Assembly: GCF_018350175.1 (NCBI RefSeq)
Contig: NC_058383.1
Span: forward strand, 1,984,001 to 2,048,000
DNA from: Felis catus
Taxonomy: Eukaryota
Length of the DNA: 64,000 nucleotides
Direction: 5' to 3'
Shown here: positions 52,301 to 62,200 of the stretch, one piece after another
How positions within the stretch are numbered: the stretch's first letter is position 1
How the letters are laid out: the number at the start of each line of letters is the position of its first letter
Program-made: the position numbers and the translations under genes
Notes under the pieces: model-generated
The model's input: the letters and a program-made list of their open reading frames with translations, nothing else
The model's database searches: none
Told to the model about the DNA's origin: nothing

Positions 52301-54322
52301 ACCACCCTTCCTCATCAGAAGCCGCGTGCGTGTCTTCCCTGGGTACCGCCTCTGACCTCAGGTCCTTCCTTAACGTCATTTCATGAACTCTCAAGTGCCT
52401 TCACAGTATTTGCATTTTCACTTTAAGAGGGTACCTTGCTTGGTTCTAACATGTCCACTAAACGGTAACAGGGTCGCGAAGCACTGTCCACCGTGAGGCG
52501 TCCCTCTCCTGCCAGAGCCCGGCACCAGGCCCGGGAGCATGGCCCTCCTCCGACACCTGCGGGGGGATGAACTCCTTACGCAGCCCCGTTTCGTGGACAC
52601 TTAGGTTGTCTGCTCCCTGTTCCGTGGCCACGTGGCTGTCTTTCATTTCTGGCCACTACCCATGATGCTTTGCTGTCCCTCTGTGGGTAGTGCTGTTCAT
52701 TCCCAGTTACTTTCTCGGGGTACTGGGCAGTGTTGACCTGTGGAAAGCCTCAGCCTCACGTAGGCAAAATCCAGCACTCAGTAGAGTGCCACACCGACCA
52801 TGCGCCGACTGCTCGCTGACCACACTGACCACCCACTGACCACCCTGGTCACTCGCTGGTCACGCCAACCACACTGACCACACCGGCCACTCACCACACC
52901 GACCACTCACTGACCACACTGACCACACCACACCGACCACACTGACCACCCACTGACCACACTGACCACTTGCTGACTACACTGACCACACCGGCCGCTC
53001 ACTGACTGCCCACTGACCACACTGACCGCCCACTGACCAAACTGATCACTCGCTGGTCACACCAACCACACTGACCACACCGGTCGCTCACTGACCACAC
53101 CGGCCGCTCACTGACCACACTGACCGCTTGCTGACCACACCGACCACACCGACTGCCCACTGACCACACTGGCTGCTCACTGACCACACTGACCGCTTGC
53201 TGACCACACTGACCACACTGACTGCCCGCTGACCACACTGACCACACCGACTGCCCACTGACCACACTGATCACTCACTGACCACACTGACCGCTCACTG
53301 ACCACACTGACCACACCGACTGCCCACTGACCACACTGATCACTCACTGACCACACTGCCCGCTCACTGACCACGCTGATCACTCACTGACCACACTGGC
53401 CGCTCACTGACCACGCTGACCACCCACTGACCACTTGCTGACCACACTGACCACACCGGCCGCTCACTGACCACACCGACCGCTCACTGACCGCCCACTG
53501 ACCACACTGACCGCCCACTGACCAAACTGATCACTCGCTGGTCACACCAACCACACTGACCACACCGGTCGCTCACTGACCACACCGACCGCTCACTGAC
53601 CACACTGACCGCTTGCTGACCACACCGACCACACCGACTGCCCACTGACCACACCAGCCGCTCACTGACCACGCTGATCACTCACTGACCACGCTGATCA
53701 CTCACTGACCACACTGACCGCTCACTGACCACACTGACCACTCGCTGACCACACCAGCCACACTGACCGCCCACTGACCACACTGATCAGTTACCACACC
53801 GGCCGCTCACTGACCACACTGACCGCTCGCTGACCACACCGACCACACTGACCACACTGGTTGCTCACTGACCATACTGACCGCTCATGGACCACACCGA
53901 CCGCTCACTGACCACACTGATCACTCACTGACCACAGTGCCGTGAAGTTCTTTTGCAGGGGGGGAGAGGGTGTATTTGGCACAGGTTCCAGTCCGTATGG
54001 AAATGGTGTTCCCTTCACGGGGTTTCTTTCTCACCACACTTGGTCACATAAACTGGAGGAAGTGAGCAGGCCTCTCTCTGGGCAGGCTAGTGAGCAGCCG
54101 GGGGCCTGGCAGATCTCCTTCCGCCTCTGCCAGCCACAGTGGGCGTTTGCTGATTGCACTGAAACCACTCTGGCGATAGCTCAGTAGGATTAAGGGCAGG
54201 ACAGCAGCAGGGGGCGGAAGGTGAGTGTATCAGTCAGGGTCCTCCAGACAAACAGAACCAATAGAGTGTGTGTGCGTGCAACACAGGCGGACACACGCAC
54301 ACTCGTATGCATGCGCGCGCAC

Positions 54323-54358
<36 letters not shown>

Positions 54359-55303
54359 GTTTATTACAGTTGGCTCACATAATTTATGGAGGCTGACAAA
54401 TCCCAGAGCCATGGTTGGCAATTTGGAGACCAGCTTACATCCAAAGGCAGGAAAAAACCCAAAGTCTCAGTTCAAGGGTATCAGGCATAAGGAGTCTCTC
54501 TTACTCACAGGAAAGGCAGACTTTCTCTTCTAACCAGGACTTTGACTGATTGGATGAGTCCTACCCATACCGCAGAGGACAATCTGCTTACTCGGTCTAT
54601 TTTTTTAAAAAACTTTTTTTTTAGTTTTTTCAATGTTTATTTATTTTTGAGTGAGAGAGAGACAGCGTGAACAGGGGAGAGGCAGAGAGAGAGGGAGACA
54701 CAGAATCCGAAGCAGGCTCCAGGCTCTGAGCTGTCAGCACAGAGCCTGATGAGGGGCTTGGACCCACAAACTGCAAGATCATGACCTGAGCTGAAGTCGG
54801 ACGCTCAACCGACTGAGCCACCCAGGTGCCCCACTCAGTCTATTTAAATGCTGACCATTTAACCCCCTTCATTTGTGGGGGGGGGCACTGAGAGGAGAAA
54901 GTGTTGTGTGTGGGGGCAAACAGCAGCCGGAGAGCATCATTCATTCCTTCATTCCTTCATTCCCCTTGGGGCTGGAGGAGAGTGTTAGCAGTGATTCTGC
55001 TCGCGTTCACTGAGGTGGACGTGTGCCTACAGCGAGCCACCCAGCAGGGGTTTCATCTGTCCATGGCTTCAGCTCCAAGTGACCTTGAGGTGTCATTCCC
55101 TCCCCACCCGCACCCCACACCCTGCCCTGCTGTGCGACTGTCCCTGCAGGTGACGGAGAACCCTCAACCCCCCTCCGTGGAGCACGTGGCCAAGAGCCAG
55201 CCACCGCCTGCACCCCTGCCGCTTACGAAGTCGTCCGGAAAGAGCTTCCTCCCTGCCGTCTCCACGGCCTCCAAGATAAAGCCCAGCCCCAGTCTCCATG
55301 CAG
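19743..55303 (+). CDS. KIF19B: Kinesin-8 family motor, KIF19 paralog (KIF19B-like); 18 exons, 2773 coding nt, terminal exon unresolved
   Basis: Motor motifs intact: VALRIRP, P-loop GPSG|AGKT, SYLE|IYNE, switch I NKTSSRSH, switch [31 protein letters not shown]. Neck NVSYHIAQY and coiled-coil exons resemble KIF19. All introns GT-AG with consistent phases. The symbol rests on divergence from KIF19 and recalled adjacency of Kif19b to Eif3b. Confidence 0.88.
20157..20237 (+). CDS. KIF19B: KIF19B exon 2 (81 nt; [27 protein letters not shown])
   Basis: cctcag|GTG acceptor; CAG|gtgagg donor. Confidence 0.92.
22089..22291 (-). mobile_element. Can-SINE inserted in an L1 3'-end fragment
   Basis: polyT, (GA)n, ...gccacccaggcgcccc; aaaattc on both sides. 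Confidence 0.9.
23453..23563 (+). CDS. KIF19B: KIF19B exon 3 (111 nt; [37 protein letters not shown])
   Basis: tcctag|ATG acceptor; CAG|gtaccc donor; kinesin-8 loop-2 region. Confidence 0.93.
25617..25704 (+). CDS. KIF19B: KIF19B exon 4 (88 nt; [29 protein letters not shown])
   Basis: tcacag|GAA acceptor; G|gtaggg donor. Confidence 0.94.
26557..26690 (+). CDS. KIF19B: KIF19B exon 5 (134 nt; [15 protein letters not shown]...VSMSYLE)
   Basis: ctgcag|GC acceptor; GAG|gtgagc donor. Confidence 0.94.
26891..27016 (+). CDS. KIF19B: KIF19B exon 6 (126 nt; [14 protein letters not shown]...STSNAQE)
   Basis: tcccag|ATT acceptor; GAG|gtgagg donor. Confidence 0.94.
27968..28162 (+). CDS. KIF19B: KIF19B exon 7 (195 nt; IMHLLTKGN...[10 protein letters not shown]...[10 protein letters not shown])
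   Basis: cctcag|ATC acceptor; CAG|gttctg donor; switch I and II. Confidence 0.94.
29206..29738 (-). mobile_element. LTR-like element copy 1 (resembles ERVL MER74 family, from memory)
   Basis: Interspersed ~530-bp repeat shared with 44234-44760; end ...aaagcatcag...aaaggacacgg...aca. Confidence 0.6.
31024..31176 (+). CDS. KIF19B: KIF19B exon 8 (153 nt; [28 protein letters not shown]...[10 protein letters not shown])
   Basis: acccag|GCC acceptor; AAG|gtacgg donor. Confidence 0.94.
31725..31847 (+). CDS. KIF19B: KIF19B exon 9 (123 nt; [17 protein letters not shown]...RAKNIKTR)
   Basis: gagcag|GAC acceptor; AGG|gtgagg donor. Confidence 0.93.
32880..32975 (+). mobile_element. Short or truncated Can-SINE (tRNA-derived head)
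   Basis: ggcacccggctggctcagtcgg...gtgagtttgagccccacg...gagcctacttaaaa. Confidence 0.7.
33196..34810 (-). mobile_element. Old L1 (L1M-type) 3'-end fragment containing an expanded minisatellite
   Basis: acataaaatttaccatt...cccagccctggc before the array; cactcagtatcat...ttcatcc...tttttaacgctgag after it. Confidence 0.7.
33385..34716. repeat. Minisatellite (VNTR), ~60-61-bp unit, ~22 copies
   Basis: Consensus gagtctgacgaccccgggacctcgagtgagtgggtcccagtgcgtgtcctcccgtgtccgt. Confidence 0.97.
34918..35068 (+). CDS. KIF19B: KIF19B exon 10 (151 nt; [15 protein letters not shown]...VQDAQ), neck and coiled coil
   Basis: caccag|GTG acceptor; G|gtaggg donor. Confidence 0.92.
35449..35652 (-). mobile_element. 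Can-SINE inserted in an L1 3'-end fragment
   Basis: TSD-like aaaattcaccatct / aaaactcaccgtct. Confidence 0.9.
36095..36306 (-). mobile_element. Can-SINE
   Basis: polyT...gccacccaggcgccc; TSD-like aaagattct. Confidence 0.9.
37380..37603 (-). mobile_element. Young SINEC_Fc-like element
   Basis: Perfect 14-bp TSD atcagggcctttct at 37366-37379 and 37604-37617. Confidence 0.93.
38784..38934. repeat. Short minisatellite, ~37-38-bp unit, 4 copies
   Basis: gttgagggcagctgagtcccacggggccagcggagggt repeated. Confidence 0.9.
39790..41241. repeat. Long degenerate (CCAT)n tetranucleotide repeat, ~1.45 kb
   Basis: ccatccatcc runs with recurring variants such as tattcacc and ctctccat. Confidence 0.97.
41360..41537 (+). 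CDS. KIF19B: KIF19B exon 11 (178 nt; ...[21 protein letters not shown]...HLLTIA)
   Basis: ccccag|TC acceptor; GA|gtgagt donor. Confidence 0.9.
42542..42675. repeat. Perfect 66-bp tandem duplication (42542-42607 and 42610-42675)
   Basis: tggcttcttgatttcc...gaggtcaggcc present twice, separated by tg. Confidence 0.95.
42777..42954 (+). CDS. KIF19B: KIF19B exon 12 (178 nt; WEREKAQH...[26 protein letters not shown])
   Basis: ccgtag|C acceptor; AAG|gtgggg donor. Confidence 0.9.
44234..44760 (-). mobile_element. LTR-like element copy 2 (MER74-like, from memory)
   Basis: Same-orientation copy of the 29.2-29.7 kb element. Confidence 0.6.
44902..45172 (+). CDS. KIF19B: KIF19B exon 13 (271 nt; AGLEQRL...[22 protein letters not shown]...QRQLIE)
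   Basis: cgccag|GCG acceptor; G|gtgagt donor. Confidence 0.92.
45544..45665 (+). CDS. KIF19B: KIF19B exon 14 (122 nt; [24 protein letters not shown]...SSSLR)
   Basis: ctgcag|GT acceptor; CGG|gtgagt donor. Confidence 0.88.
46500..46870 (-). mobile_element. Old L1 (L1M-type) 3'-end fragment
   Basis: cattaaacc...ctactctctgtctctgtggatt...cttacttcactgagca...cccagaagtgggatttctgggtca. Confidence 0.7.
47218..47345 (+). CDS. KIF19B: KIF19B exon 15 (128 nt; [11 protein letters not shown]...LPLMLLEED)
   Basis: ccccag|GAC acceptor; AG|gtaccc donor; phase 0 to 2. Confidence 0.75.
47750..48060. mobile_element. MaLR LTR (MLT1-like) remnant
   Basis: cacagtcctggaggctggg...tggctgcagg...ggggtcaaggcttccacgtgggaa. 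Confidence 0.5.
48315..48532. repeat. Degenerate (TG)n / (TGCA) low-complexity repeat
   Basis: gtgtgtgcac / gtatgtgtg runs. Confidence 0.85.
50700..50900. mobile_element. MER21-like LTR remnant
   Basis: cagctgggtgtg...cagttcagttctggcac...gtcagaccccacc resembles MER21 as I recall it. Confidence 0.45.
51091..51199 (+). CDS. KIF19B: KIF19B exon 16 (109 nt; [36 protein letters not shown])
   Basis: Strong acceptor ctctgtgtgtcccccacag|C; GAG|gttggt donor; phase 2 to 0 bridges exons 15 and 17 without stops; this frame is absent from the ORF track. Confidence 0.7.
51821..52264 (+). CDS. KIF19B: KIF19B exon 17 (444 nt; AGPLSVKN...[23 protein letters not shown]...[12 protein letters not shown])
   Basis: cggcag|GCA acceptor; CAG|gtacag donor; tail motifs resemble KIF19 KEILTGTKCIWVKAARRRSRA and SRSFEVTGQG as I recall them. 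Confidence 0.78.
52787..53936. repeat. Complex tandem array built on a 9-mer (CTGACCACA) and variants, ~1.15 kb
   Basis: actgaccacactgaccgctc repeated, with an internal higher-order duplication. Confidence 0.95.
54226..54599. mobile_element. MLT2-like ERVL LTR with internal (CA)n
   Basis: tgtatcagtcagggtcctccaga...acagaaccaatag...ttggctcaca...tgattggatgag. Confidence 0.7.
54600..54832 (-). mobile_element. Can-SINE inserted in the MLT2-like LTR
   Basis: TSD actc(g/a)gtctattt. Confidence 0.9.
55150..55303 (+). CDS. KIF19B: KIF19B exon 18 (154 nt; VTENPQPP...[22 protein letters not shown])
   Basis: ccctgcag|GTG acceptor; G|gtacag donor; resembles KIF19 GKVTLPLAKVKLPPSQNTG as I recall it. Confidence 0.7.
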
Positions 55304-56281
55304 GTACAGAATCCGAAACGGAAACTAACACCCTGGGGTTTTGTGTGCATCTCAAGACTCTGCCCCTCCCGTCAAGGGTGCGTCTTTAGAAAGCATGACG
55401 GTCTGGGCTGTCGTCAGTTGTGTGCTCCTGGGTGCAAGTTTCAGGTTTTCAGGGTGGTGAGCGGGTGGGCCAGGGCCGCTGGCTTCGTGGAAAGAAACAC
55501 TCGCAGAGGCATTCAGTAGGCATTCCGTTTTGCTTCTGCCCATCTGATGCTCCAGCAGAGTTTAAAACGATGATTAAAACTACGTCCTGCTGCCGCCGCT
55601 CAGTCTGTCTCTGTACGGGTTTGAATTGCAGCTCCCGTGGCTGTGGTCGCCACACGGGTGAGACACGCTCGCGGTGAGAAGTTTGGGATACAGATACGAT
55701 TGCCAGTGAGAGAGGAGCCGGGTGGCACGGGCCCCGTCCAGAGGCGGTCGCCCAGTGGTGTGGCCCCGTGCCCCTATGCTACTGGTGTGTGCGCAGCTAC
55801 AGCTGTGAGCGCGTAAGAAACGACGACCGTCCCCACCTTACAGATGAGGAAACTGAGGCACAGAGGTGCAGGAACTTGCCCGAGGTCACAGGGCTGGGAG
55901 TGGTGGGCCGGACCCCAGCTCCTAACCACACCCTAGGCCTTCTAGCTGAGTATTCTTTGCGGGGCAAAGCCCGAGTGTGTTCCAGGGCCTTTGCAGTAGA
56001 AGCAGTGTGCACAGCTACGTTCTGGCTGGCTGGTGGGTGTGCACCTTGGCCCCACCCGATTCGTAGCAACGCTCTCCAGCTTTTCAGAAATCTCCGATCT
56101 GGAGGACACAGTTCACCTTCCCCTGTGATTCCTCGCTTGGGCTCCTGCATGTGCTGGCAACCACGTGGGCCTGCGATAACACTTTTAAAAAACACTTAAA
56201 AAAGTGTTCTTTACCCATATGGGATTTGCCGCTTTCAAAAGCTTTTACTCCGTTATCTTCCTGTCTACACGCTCGTCAAAG

Positions 56282-56577
56282 AAGACCACAATCCCAGAGA
56301 ATGCAGCAGCATCAGGCACGGGAACCTTGAAATGCAGGGCTGGGCACGCGCCCTCCGCTGTCCTCCCAGCGGGCGGCAGGCGCCCTGGACGCCGGTCCCC
56401 AGGTCCTCACTCGGGGGAGGCGCCGTGATGGCACCTGTCTGGGGAGTAACAGGCGTGGGGGCGCCGGGTGGCTCGGGGGAGGCCTCGCCGTCACGGCTTA
56501 GCCAGGAGTGTCACAGCTCCTGTGATGGCCACCCGTCCCCTGGAAATAAGCCCCTCGGAATGTGTCTGTCCAGATGA
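56282..56577 (+). CDS. Candidate KIF19B terminal coding exon (alternative candidate 55556-55677)
   Basis: Pyrimidine-rich tract then aag| acceptor, phase-1 compatible, open to TGA at 56575-56577. No recognisable homology and no canonical polyA signal nearby. Confidence 0.3.
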
Positions 56578-57450
56578 CTTAAAAAGGAGTTTGCTTCCAT
56601 ACCGCTTTGTCATGACCTTGCTAACGCAGGCAGAGGTAGGGACAGGAGCACGTTAACGGCATGGCCCGGGCAGCGCTCTGCCCTCTGCCGATTCTGTCTC
56701 TGAGCTCTGTCTACACGTTTCCATCCTTCCGTTTGTTATCTGCTTTCCTGGAGAGGGTTCGATAAAGTCTCCAATCATGTCCTTTCACCCATGACACTTT
56801 CAAGAGCTTTCTCTCTGTGATGACAGAGTGTTTATGCACATCACAGCTAGAGAGGTTCAGTGCGGTTCCCTAGAACCATCTAATGCCCAGGCTGTGTACA
56901 AAAGAAAGCAGCCTTTTTCAAACAGAAGTGAGTGCACTGTACCTGGCCCTCTTGGTTGGTGAGAAGGGGGCACAGCCCAAGCCTCCACGTCACGGGGAGG
57001 TGCTGAGCCCTGTTTTGTGGGCCCCCAGCCAAAGGCTGGAACCTCTCCTCTCAGCTGTGTTTATAGGAGCCCCGTGGGGCACAGACGGTCTCCTGTCTCC
57101 ATCATGTGTCTCTGTTGTGGGCAAGTTAGAGCCCGTTAGCATCAGTGGTCCTTCCAGACCTTCAGATGGGTAAATTGAGTGGAAGTGACATCTCCAGGGC
57201 CATGCGGCCGGGGCCGGCACCCCCATGGCCCTCCCGCTGTGCCCAGCTGCCTCTGCCCGGAGAAGGAACACACTTGTCCTTGGCAGGGGTACACGGAGGC
57301 CCCGCAGGTAGCTGGGGTAGACTAGGTGTCCCATTTCTCCGGTGGGGGCTGTGCAGGGCTGGGTACAGAGCCTGAGGATCACCACCTGTGGTGTTTGCAC
57401 AGGCCCAGGCTCCCCTGGGCACCTTCCTTGGGCCCAGAGACCCCCACACT

Positions 57451-57667
57451 ATTTATTTATTTGTTTGTTTGTTTTTAATGTTTATTTTTGACAGACAGCA
57501 TGAGTGAGGGAGGGGCAGAGAGAGAGAGGGAGACACAGAATCCGAAGCGGGCTCCAGGCTCAGAGCTGTCCGCACAGAGCCCGACGCGGGGCTCGAACCC
57601 ACAGACCACGAGATCATGACCCGAGCTGAAGTCGGACGCCCAACCGACAGAGCCGCCCAGGCGCCCC
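57451..57667 (-). mobile_element. Can-SINE
   Basis: TSD agacccccacact on both sides. Confidence 0.9.
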
Positions 57668-58697
57668 AGACCCCCACACTTAATGTTATTGCTGGCTCAC
57701 AGTTTAGGGCACTGGGGCTGCTGGCCCTGTACCCATGGCTGATGTCTGGGTGTATCGCGTCTGGATGTGCAGTCATGAGCCACACCCTGTGGGCGTCTGA
57801 GGGAGGGAAGAACAGAGAACACTGAGCAGACAGCGGATGGAAGCCAGGAAGGAGTGGATGTGTTGCCTCATTTCTCACTCCCGGCAACCCTGTCAAATAG
57901 GTTCCTCGCCACAGAGTGATAACGCAGGGGCAGAGCTCATCCCGGCCGTGTCATGCCTGCGGCTGGTGGCCCGGGCCCGAGCCTGTTCCCATCCCCATCC
58001 TGGGCCGGAAGCAAGGGAGCTCTTCCCTGGTGCTGTGTGCCAGCCTGTCCAGGGAGCGTGAGACCTGCCCTACAACCTTCCTAAATAGTGGCTGGGCTCC
58101 TGTAAATGAGGAGCTCTTCCCCCTTACTAGGATCCACTTGACTCACATCTGGAGCAGCTCCGGGCGTCCCCACCTACGGGCGGGGACGCCTGGCAGGTCC
58201 CAGGCCACGCGGAGCCCTGCGCCTGGAGTTGCCTGGTAGACCACACCATCGCACAAGTGCAGCTTCTCCAGGAGAGGAAGGGCTGGAGACAGAGGGCTCC
58301 CCCCCACCCCTCCTGCAGAGCCTGACTCGGTGGCTGTTGACTTTTCTCAGCGAGGTCCTCCCTGCCTGTGCCATTTCAGACCGCGACCCCAGTCCACGTC
58401 CCCGCCCGAGTGGCTGTGTATTGAACAATCTTGAATGATCTTGTCTATCGTCTTCCTGCCCCCCGCGGTCCATAGGTTCCCTCAGTGCAGGGATGCTAGT
58501 CTCTATGTGCCCAGTAAACATAGCAGGTGCGCAGTAGGGAACAGATGGACAGACGGCCTCCCTGAGGCCAAGGGTTCAGTCGCCGTCGACTGCCGGGCTT
58601 GCTGGGTCTCCGGCCTCCTGCTCTCGCTGGGTTCCCTGACGAGCCGTGCCCACCCCACCGTGCCGATCCTGGAGCGTTCTTCAAGTCCAACCCACGT

Positions 58698-59200
58698 TCT
58701 TTTAAAATTGCAGTCAAATTCACGCGACAAAACTCAGCATTTTCAAGTGTGCAACACTGTGGCATTGGGTACACTGATGTTGTGCATCCACACTGCTGTG
58801 TGGTTCCAGAACATGTCATTTCCCCTAAAGGAGGTGCTGAGCCCCGGGCTTGGTCCTCCAGCGGGTCTCTGCCCTTTTTTACAGACGGACTCAGGGCGTG
58901 TGCCTGTGGGTCTGTCCCCGCCGTGGCTTGGGACAGGACAGCATGCTCTATTATGCTGGGTACAGTGCACCACTCTCAGGCCACCTTCTGTGGCTCACTC
59001 GCTGGTGAACGGGCACGTGTGTGGCCACCGCGAGTGGTGCTGCTGTGAACATCTGTGTGCAGGTGTTCGTTTAAGCCTCTGTTTGCGGTTCTCTGGGGTC
59101 GTAAAACCTAGGAGCGGATCTGCGGAAAACAAGGCAATCCTGTGTCTAACTTCCTGGGAAATCATCGTCCCATCTTCCCTCACGGCCGCACCGTTCCAGG
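58698..59200 (-). mobile_element. Degenerate L1 3'-end fragment
   Basis: ttttaaaattgcagtcaaattcac...ggttccagaacat...aacctaggagcgga. Confidence 0.55.
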
Positions 59201-62200
59201 TGGCCACCGTCAGTCTCTGTCCGCTCCCGTGGGCTCAGTCCAGTGACCTCTGCTGTGAAAGACTTCTTGACGCCCTGTCCCTTCCCCAGCAGGCTGAGCA
59301 CCGTGTCAGGAGCACTGGGGGCCATGGGGGGGGACGACAGCCGGAGAATACACAGTGGACACGTCGGTGTAAGACGGGTCGGGTGGAGGCAGAGACGGGA
59401 AGAGAGTAAAGCTGGTGAACAGGGCAGAGCACAGCGCGGTGATGTGAGCTCAGGCTGTGGTGGGGGCTCTGCACGTGGGCACCCCACCACATCCGGGGGG
59501 GACACCCCCTGCCTGCCTGCTTCCTCGCCTGTCTGAGGAGGCTCTGCTCGGCCAACCCGGGAGACCCTCCGCATTGCGGGGTCACGGCTGGCTCAGAGCA
59601 GACGGGGAGGAAAAGGAGAGGAGAGCATGGTTGCTGGGGAAGGAAAGGAATCAGAGCCGGAAGAAAGAACATTCTGGAAAGGACGGAGCTTGGGTATTGA
59701 TGAGAAACAAACGAGGTACCCTCAGTACTCAGTCCGCTGCGTCCATCACTCGGCCTTTATTTTCATGGACCGGGATTCACGGGGCGGCCCCTGAAATCAC
59801 GTCCTCTCCTCTCTCACTCACCGTTTAGATGAGAAGGTGCTGCGGATGCCTGAGGTCACCTTCACCCTCCCCAGCGCCACGTGGCAGAGCAGCCCGGGCC
59901 CCCGCAGGACCCCGCTCGCGCCCCGGGACATCCGAGGTCAGTGCCTGCCCCGCCCCCACCTGCGGATCGCCCTGTCCCTGCGCACGCGCACCCTGTGGCC
60001 GCTCGCCACAGGCCCCTGCCACACGCTCAGCAGCCAGGCTTGCCCGGTGGCTACTTAGTGGGACAGCCGGCACAGGCCTAGATCGTGAGCGAAACCACAC
60101 CACCCTGGTGTTTTCATCCCAAAACTGCAGTGCTGTTTCGTTTAACTGATAGTTAAGCAAGACAACCTTCCAGGAAAGTTGTGCTCATTTTGCACACTCG
60201 CCCCCGGTATCGCGAGTGCGTTTTATCGTAACGTGGCTGGGCCTGGACATTAATCGCAAAACACGAGACACGGTTTTGCCAGCCTGCCCGTCCCCCCACC
60301 CCCACTTCCTCTGTTCCTGGGTCTTGAAGCCACGGATGCTGAATCTCGGAGGCGAGTTGAGCCGCGTCAGCCTCCGCGTTCACGTAATCCTCAGCCCAAC
60401 CCGCGAATGGCTTGTGTTGCCTGAACCCTTTCTGGGAACAGGAAAGTCTCTCTGGCCGCGTTGGCACCATTTTCTCACCCCCCCCCCCCCCCGAGCCAAC
60501 GCACAGCCAAGTCGTCGGGAAGGATGGCTCTCCGTCAACAATAGGCCGAAAGCCACCAGGGAGAGAAGGGCTTCCTCGGGCCCAACTTTAGTCCCCCTAC
60601 CTGGACCTTTCACCTGCTCCCTGCTGCTACTGTGTCCGAGCAGGTTAAGACCTTCCCATCATTATGCCCTTCTTTTCGAGGGCTCTCGGGGCCTGTGTTT
60701 GCTGGCTGTGTCCTTGGGGCCAGAAGCTCCCAGACCAGAGCAGGCTGAGTAATGGCCGGTGGTACAGGCCAGTTTAAACGGCAGTCTTTAAACGGGAGGG
60801 GTGGGAGGCGTTCCCCGAGGGCTGTCCCATCCTAACTGCACGTGTCCCTGGCGGCGAGCAGGTAGCTCAGGGAGGTCCTGGCGACGGGCCTGCGTTACCA
60901 GAGCGTGTGGGGAGGTGGAGCCCCAGGTTAGGGAGGCACAGTCCCACGGGGCCCAGAAGGGGCCGGGCATGGGCGGAGCTGAAGGAGGGGGAGTGCCCGC
61001 GTGGGTCCCTGACCGAGGGTGGCCAGTGGGCGGGGCATCCGTACCGGGCAGGGACCCAGCCATCGGGACTCTGGCTTCGCTGGAGTCGGCCTTGACCACG
61101 GGCTAAAGTCTCCCCACCCCTCCAGGGTCTACAGAGAGCGGAAGCCGACGCCACAGTCCGGTGCCCCCCAGCACCCCCTGCAAGCACCGGGGCAGCACCA
61201 AGAGGCCAAGGAGGCCACAGTGAGGAGGTCAGCGGGCAGGCCCGGCACACGGGGGAAGGCCAGAGAGGCTGGCCCCAGACCCAGGGCTCTCTCTGCCTCA
61301 GAGGTGGATTCGAGAGACGAGGCCCCGGCAGGGACCAGCCAGCCCCAGCGTCCCCCGGCCCTTTGCAATCGGCGGGTGCCTCACCAGCCACCTTCGGAGG
61401 AAGGGCCACTGACGGAACTTCAGAACCCTTCTCGAGGACACCGCGTGGGGAGCCTCAGGCATCTTTTGGGTCATTCCCAGTTGTGGGTGCTTTTCCCAGG
61501 ATCGCTCCACCCCAGAGTTTCTGCCCTGGGAGAATGCTTTCGCTCTTCACCTGATTGGGTGAGGCCCACCCACGCCGTGGTGGACCTTCTGCCGAACTCC
61601 TTATTGATGTAAATGCTAATCTCACCTGAAAAACACCTTCATAGCACTGTGCGTGCTGGTGTTTGACCCATCACCTAGGTACTGTGGCCCGGGCAACTTG
61701 ACGCACAGAATTAACCCTCACACCTCACGAGCCTTGGCCGGCGGGCAGGGTGACACTGCCCACGTATATGTAGGCTCCGGAATAAACCAGCGTCGGGGAA
61801 GCACGAGAACATCCTGCATTCCCGTGACCCACCCGTCCCCTCACTGTGTTCTGACGTCCCTGTCCACACCCCATTGTGTGGAGGACACTGTGGAGGACGG
61901 CTGGGATGAGGCAGCTTTGCAGGGTACGTGGAAGCAGCCGCGTAAACTGGGGACGCAGAAACCAAGGTCCTAACTTTTCATCAAGACAGAAAGACAAGGT
62001 CACAGGGAGCCTGAGCGCCGTCCGTGAGCTGCGTCGCCACCTTCCCTGGCTGTGCTTTTGGCACCTGCTGTGGTTCCCGGGCCCGTGCCCGCATCTCAGG
62101 CTCTCGGGGGCACCCCTGCAGGACGTGGGGACCAAAGCCCCCTCCCCCACGGCGGGAGCCACCCCCGGGTGAAGCAGCAGGTGGAGCCAGGGAGTCGGCC

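Noticed and set aside
58435..59409. 324-aa ORF downstream of the kinesin gene
   Set aside because: Overlaps a degenerate antisense L1 fragment; no recognisable domain
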